The notes beneath the pieces are model-generated. The model did not search any database and was not told where the DNA came from. It saw nothing but the letters and a program-made list of their open reading frames with translations. Below, one piece after another: positions 31,060 to 32,000 of a stretch of DNA of 32,000 nt (position 1 is its first letter; every line of letters starts with the position of its first letter). The stretch comes from Schaalia odontolytica (lineage in GTDB: Bacteria > Actinomycetota > Actinomycetes > Actinomycetales > Actinomycetaceae): the NCBI RefSeq assembly GCF_005696695.1, contig NZ_CP040006.1:390001-422000 (forward strand), written 5' to 3'. The position numbers and the translations under genes are program-made.

Positions 31060-31683
31060 TCAGGTCGTGGGGGTAGGGATGAGCCAGTCGGGCCGGCGGC
31101 CCGGGATGTCGGCGAGCTGCTGAGGGTCGTCCGTTGATCCATCGGAGCTGAGCAATTCGGTCCCGTAGTCGAAGGAAGAACGCTTGGAGTCACGGATGTA
31201 GGCGCTGGCGCTAATCCCGTAGGTGGGGTTCCGTGCGATGATCCAAGTTAATTTTCCTTCGTTGTCTGTCATTTGTTCGTCCACCGTGACGGTGAAGCCG
31301 AGAGGGATCAGATGACTTTCAAACGCCGTCCGTACCTTGTCGACATTGTCTTCAAGAAAATAAATGGTTGGGGAATTGAGGATGTAGAGTGTTTGATCTC
31401 CCGTTGGTTGGCTGGAAATCCCATCTTCTCCATGGCGCAGCTCAAAGTTGTTCTCGTTGATGAGCTCGTTGCGTACCTGGATCAGGGTCGGCTCGATATC
31501 GCGTCCAAAGTCCTCGATGGAGTGCATCTGTCCTGCCTGCTGAAGCTGCTCAGCATGCCATGGATTCATCCCCGGAGTACCACCGAAGTACTCCGCGCAC
31601 GAGGCCGTGCACAGCGCCAGGAGGGCGCAGGCGAGGAACGCGAGAGGACGTGCTCCCCGGAGATCGGTTGCTCGTTGCATCAT
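31060..31683 (-). CDS. Putative lipoprotein of unknown function
   Basis: The signal peptide MMQRATDLRGARPLAFLACALLALCTASC has a lipobox-like TAS-C. The C-terminal motif is DPQQLADIPGRRPDWLIP. The start overlaps the stop of the upstream paralogue (ATGATGA). Confidence 0.6.
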   Translation of the reverse strand: MMQRATDLRGARPLAFLACALLALCTASCAEYFGGTPGMNPWHAEQLQQAGQMHSIEDFGRDIEPTLIQVRNELINENNFELRHGEDGISSQPTGDQTLYILNSPTIYFLEDNVDKVRTAFESHLIPLGFTVTVDEQMTDNEGKLTWIIARNPTYGISASAYIRDSKRSSFDYGTELLSSDGSTDDPQQLADIPGRRPDWLIPTPTT

Positions 31684-32000
31684 CCCTGTCCTGAGGGCGG
31701 AAGGTTGGGGTCAAACCAGTCGGGGATGCGCCCGGGCTGGTCGATCAGCTGCTTGGGATCACCGTTGGATCCATCCGAGGGTGTGCCCTGTGTGTAGTAG
31801 TAGGTGGAGGTTTGCTCACCGAGCCGTGTCGTCGCCGAGACGACGGCCTGGTACTCCTCGTTGATCCATAGGTAGTCAACGATCTCAACTCCGTTGGACG
31901 TCCAGCGGTCTTCGGATAGCTCGAATCCGAGGGGGAGGAGACGTGCGCTGTAGGTGTCGCGGATGAGGTCGGTGTCCAGCTCGGTAAAGAAGAACATACG
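31680..32000 (-). CDS. Paralogue of the adjacent lipoprotein, probably 5'-truncated by the window edge
   Basis: The track ORF starts at 31997, but the frame stays open to nt 32000. The 105 aa align with the C-terminal half of the neighbouring protein: RLLPLGFELSEDRW versus HLIPLGFTVTVDEQ, and DPKQLIDQPGRIPDWFDP versus DPQQLADIPGRRPDWLIP. Confidence 0.55.
   Translation of the reverse strand, partial: RMFFFTELDTDLIRDTYSARLLPLGFELSEDRWTSNGVEIVDYLWINEEYQAVVSATTRLGEQTSTYYYTQGTPSDGSNGDPKQLIDQPGRIPDWFDPNLPPSGQG

Overview
High-GC actinobacterial chromosomal DNA, Actinomycetaceae-like by gene content; I cannot assign a genus from sequence alone. Positions 1 to about 22000 hold a type VII (ESX-type) secretion locus. 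Its core genes are eccC (minus strand), a WXG100 esx pair (minus), and eccD-eccB-mycP (plus). I found no EccE or EccA candidate, so the core resembles the minimal ESX-4 layout. The locus also has accessory content I do not recognise from canonical ESX loci. This includes a second EccD-like membrane protein whose stop overlaps the start of an RDD + FHA membrane protein. It includes three tandem signal-peptide-bearing subtilase paralogues right after the anchored mycosin. It includes a YbaB/EspL-like gene followed by two mosaic putative substrates, one with poly-Gly, collagen-like GXY and acidic helical repeats, the other with a hydrophobic core and a His-rich tail. Downstream of eccC lie a lipoprotein, a small helical protein and a Gly/Ala/Ser-rich putative substrate that runs off the left edge. 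Positions 22000-32000 are mostly housekeeping: trkA and trkH, an excisionase-type HTH gene plus the tiny bS22 ribosomal protein gene (absent from the ORF track), a histidine phosphatase, a PLDc_N-like membrane protein, ribokinase, an MFS transporter and two tandem paralogous lipoproteins. trkH and trkA are separated by about 2.2 kb that carries a lower-GC DUF559/AbiEi-like gene flanked by related repeats with a 42-bp period. Many long ORFs in the track are antisense or off-frame shadows typical of high-GC DNA and were rejected. All homology statements come from motif recognition by eye, not from searches.
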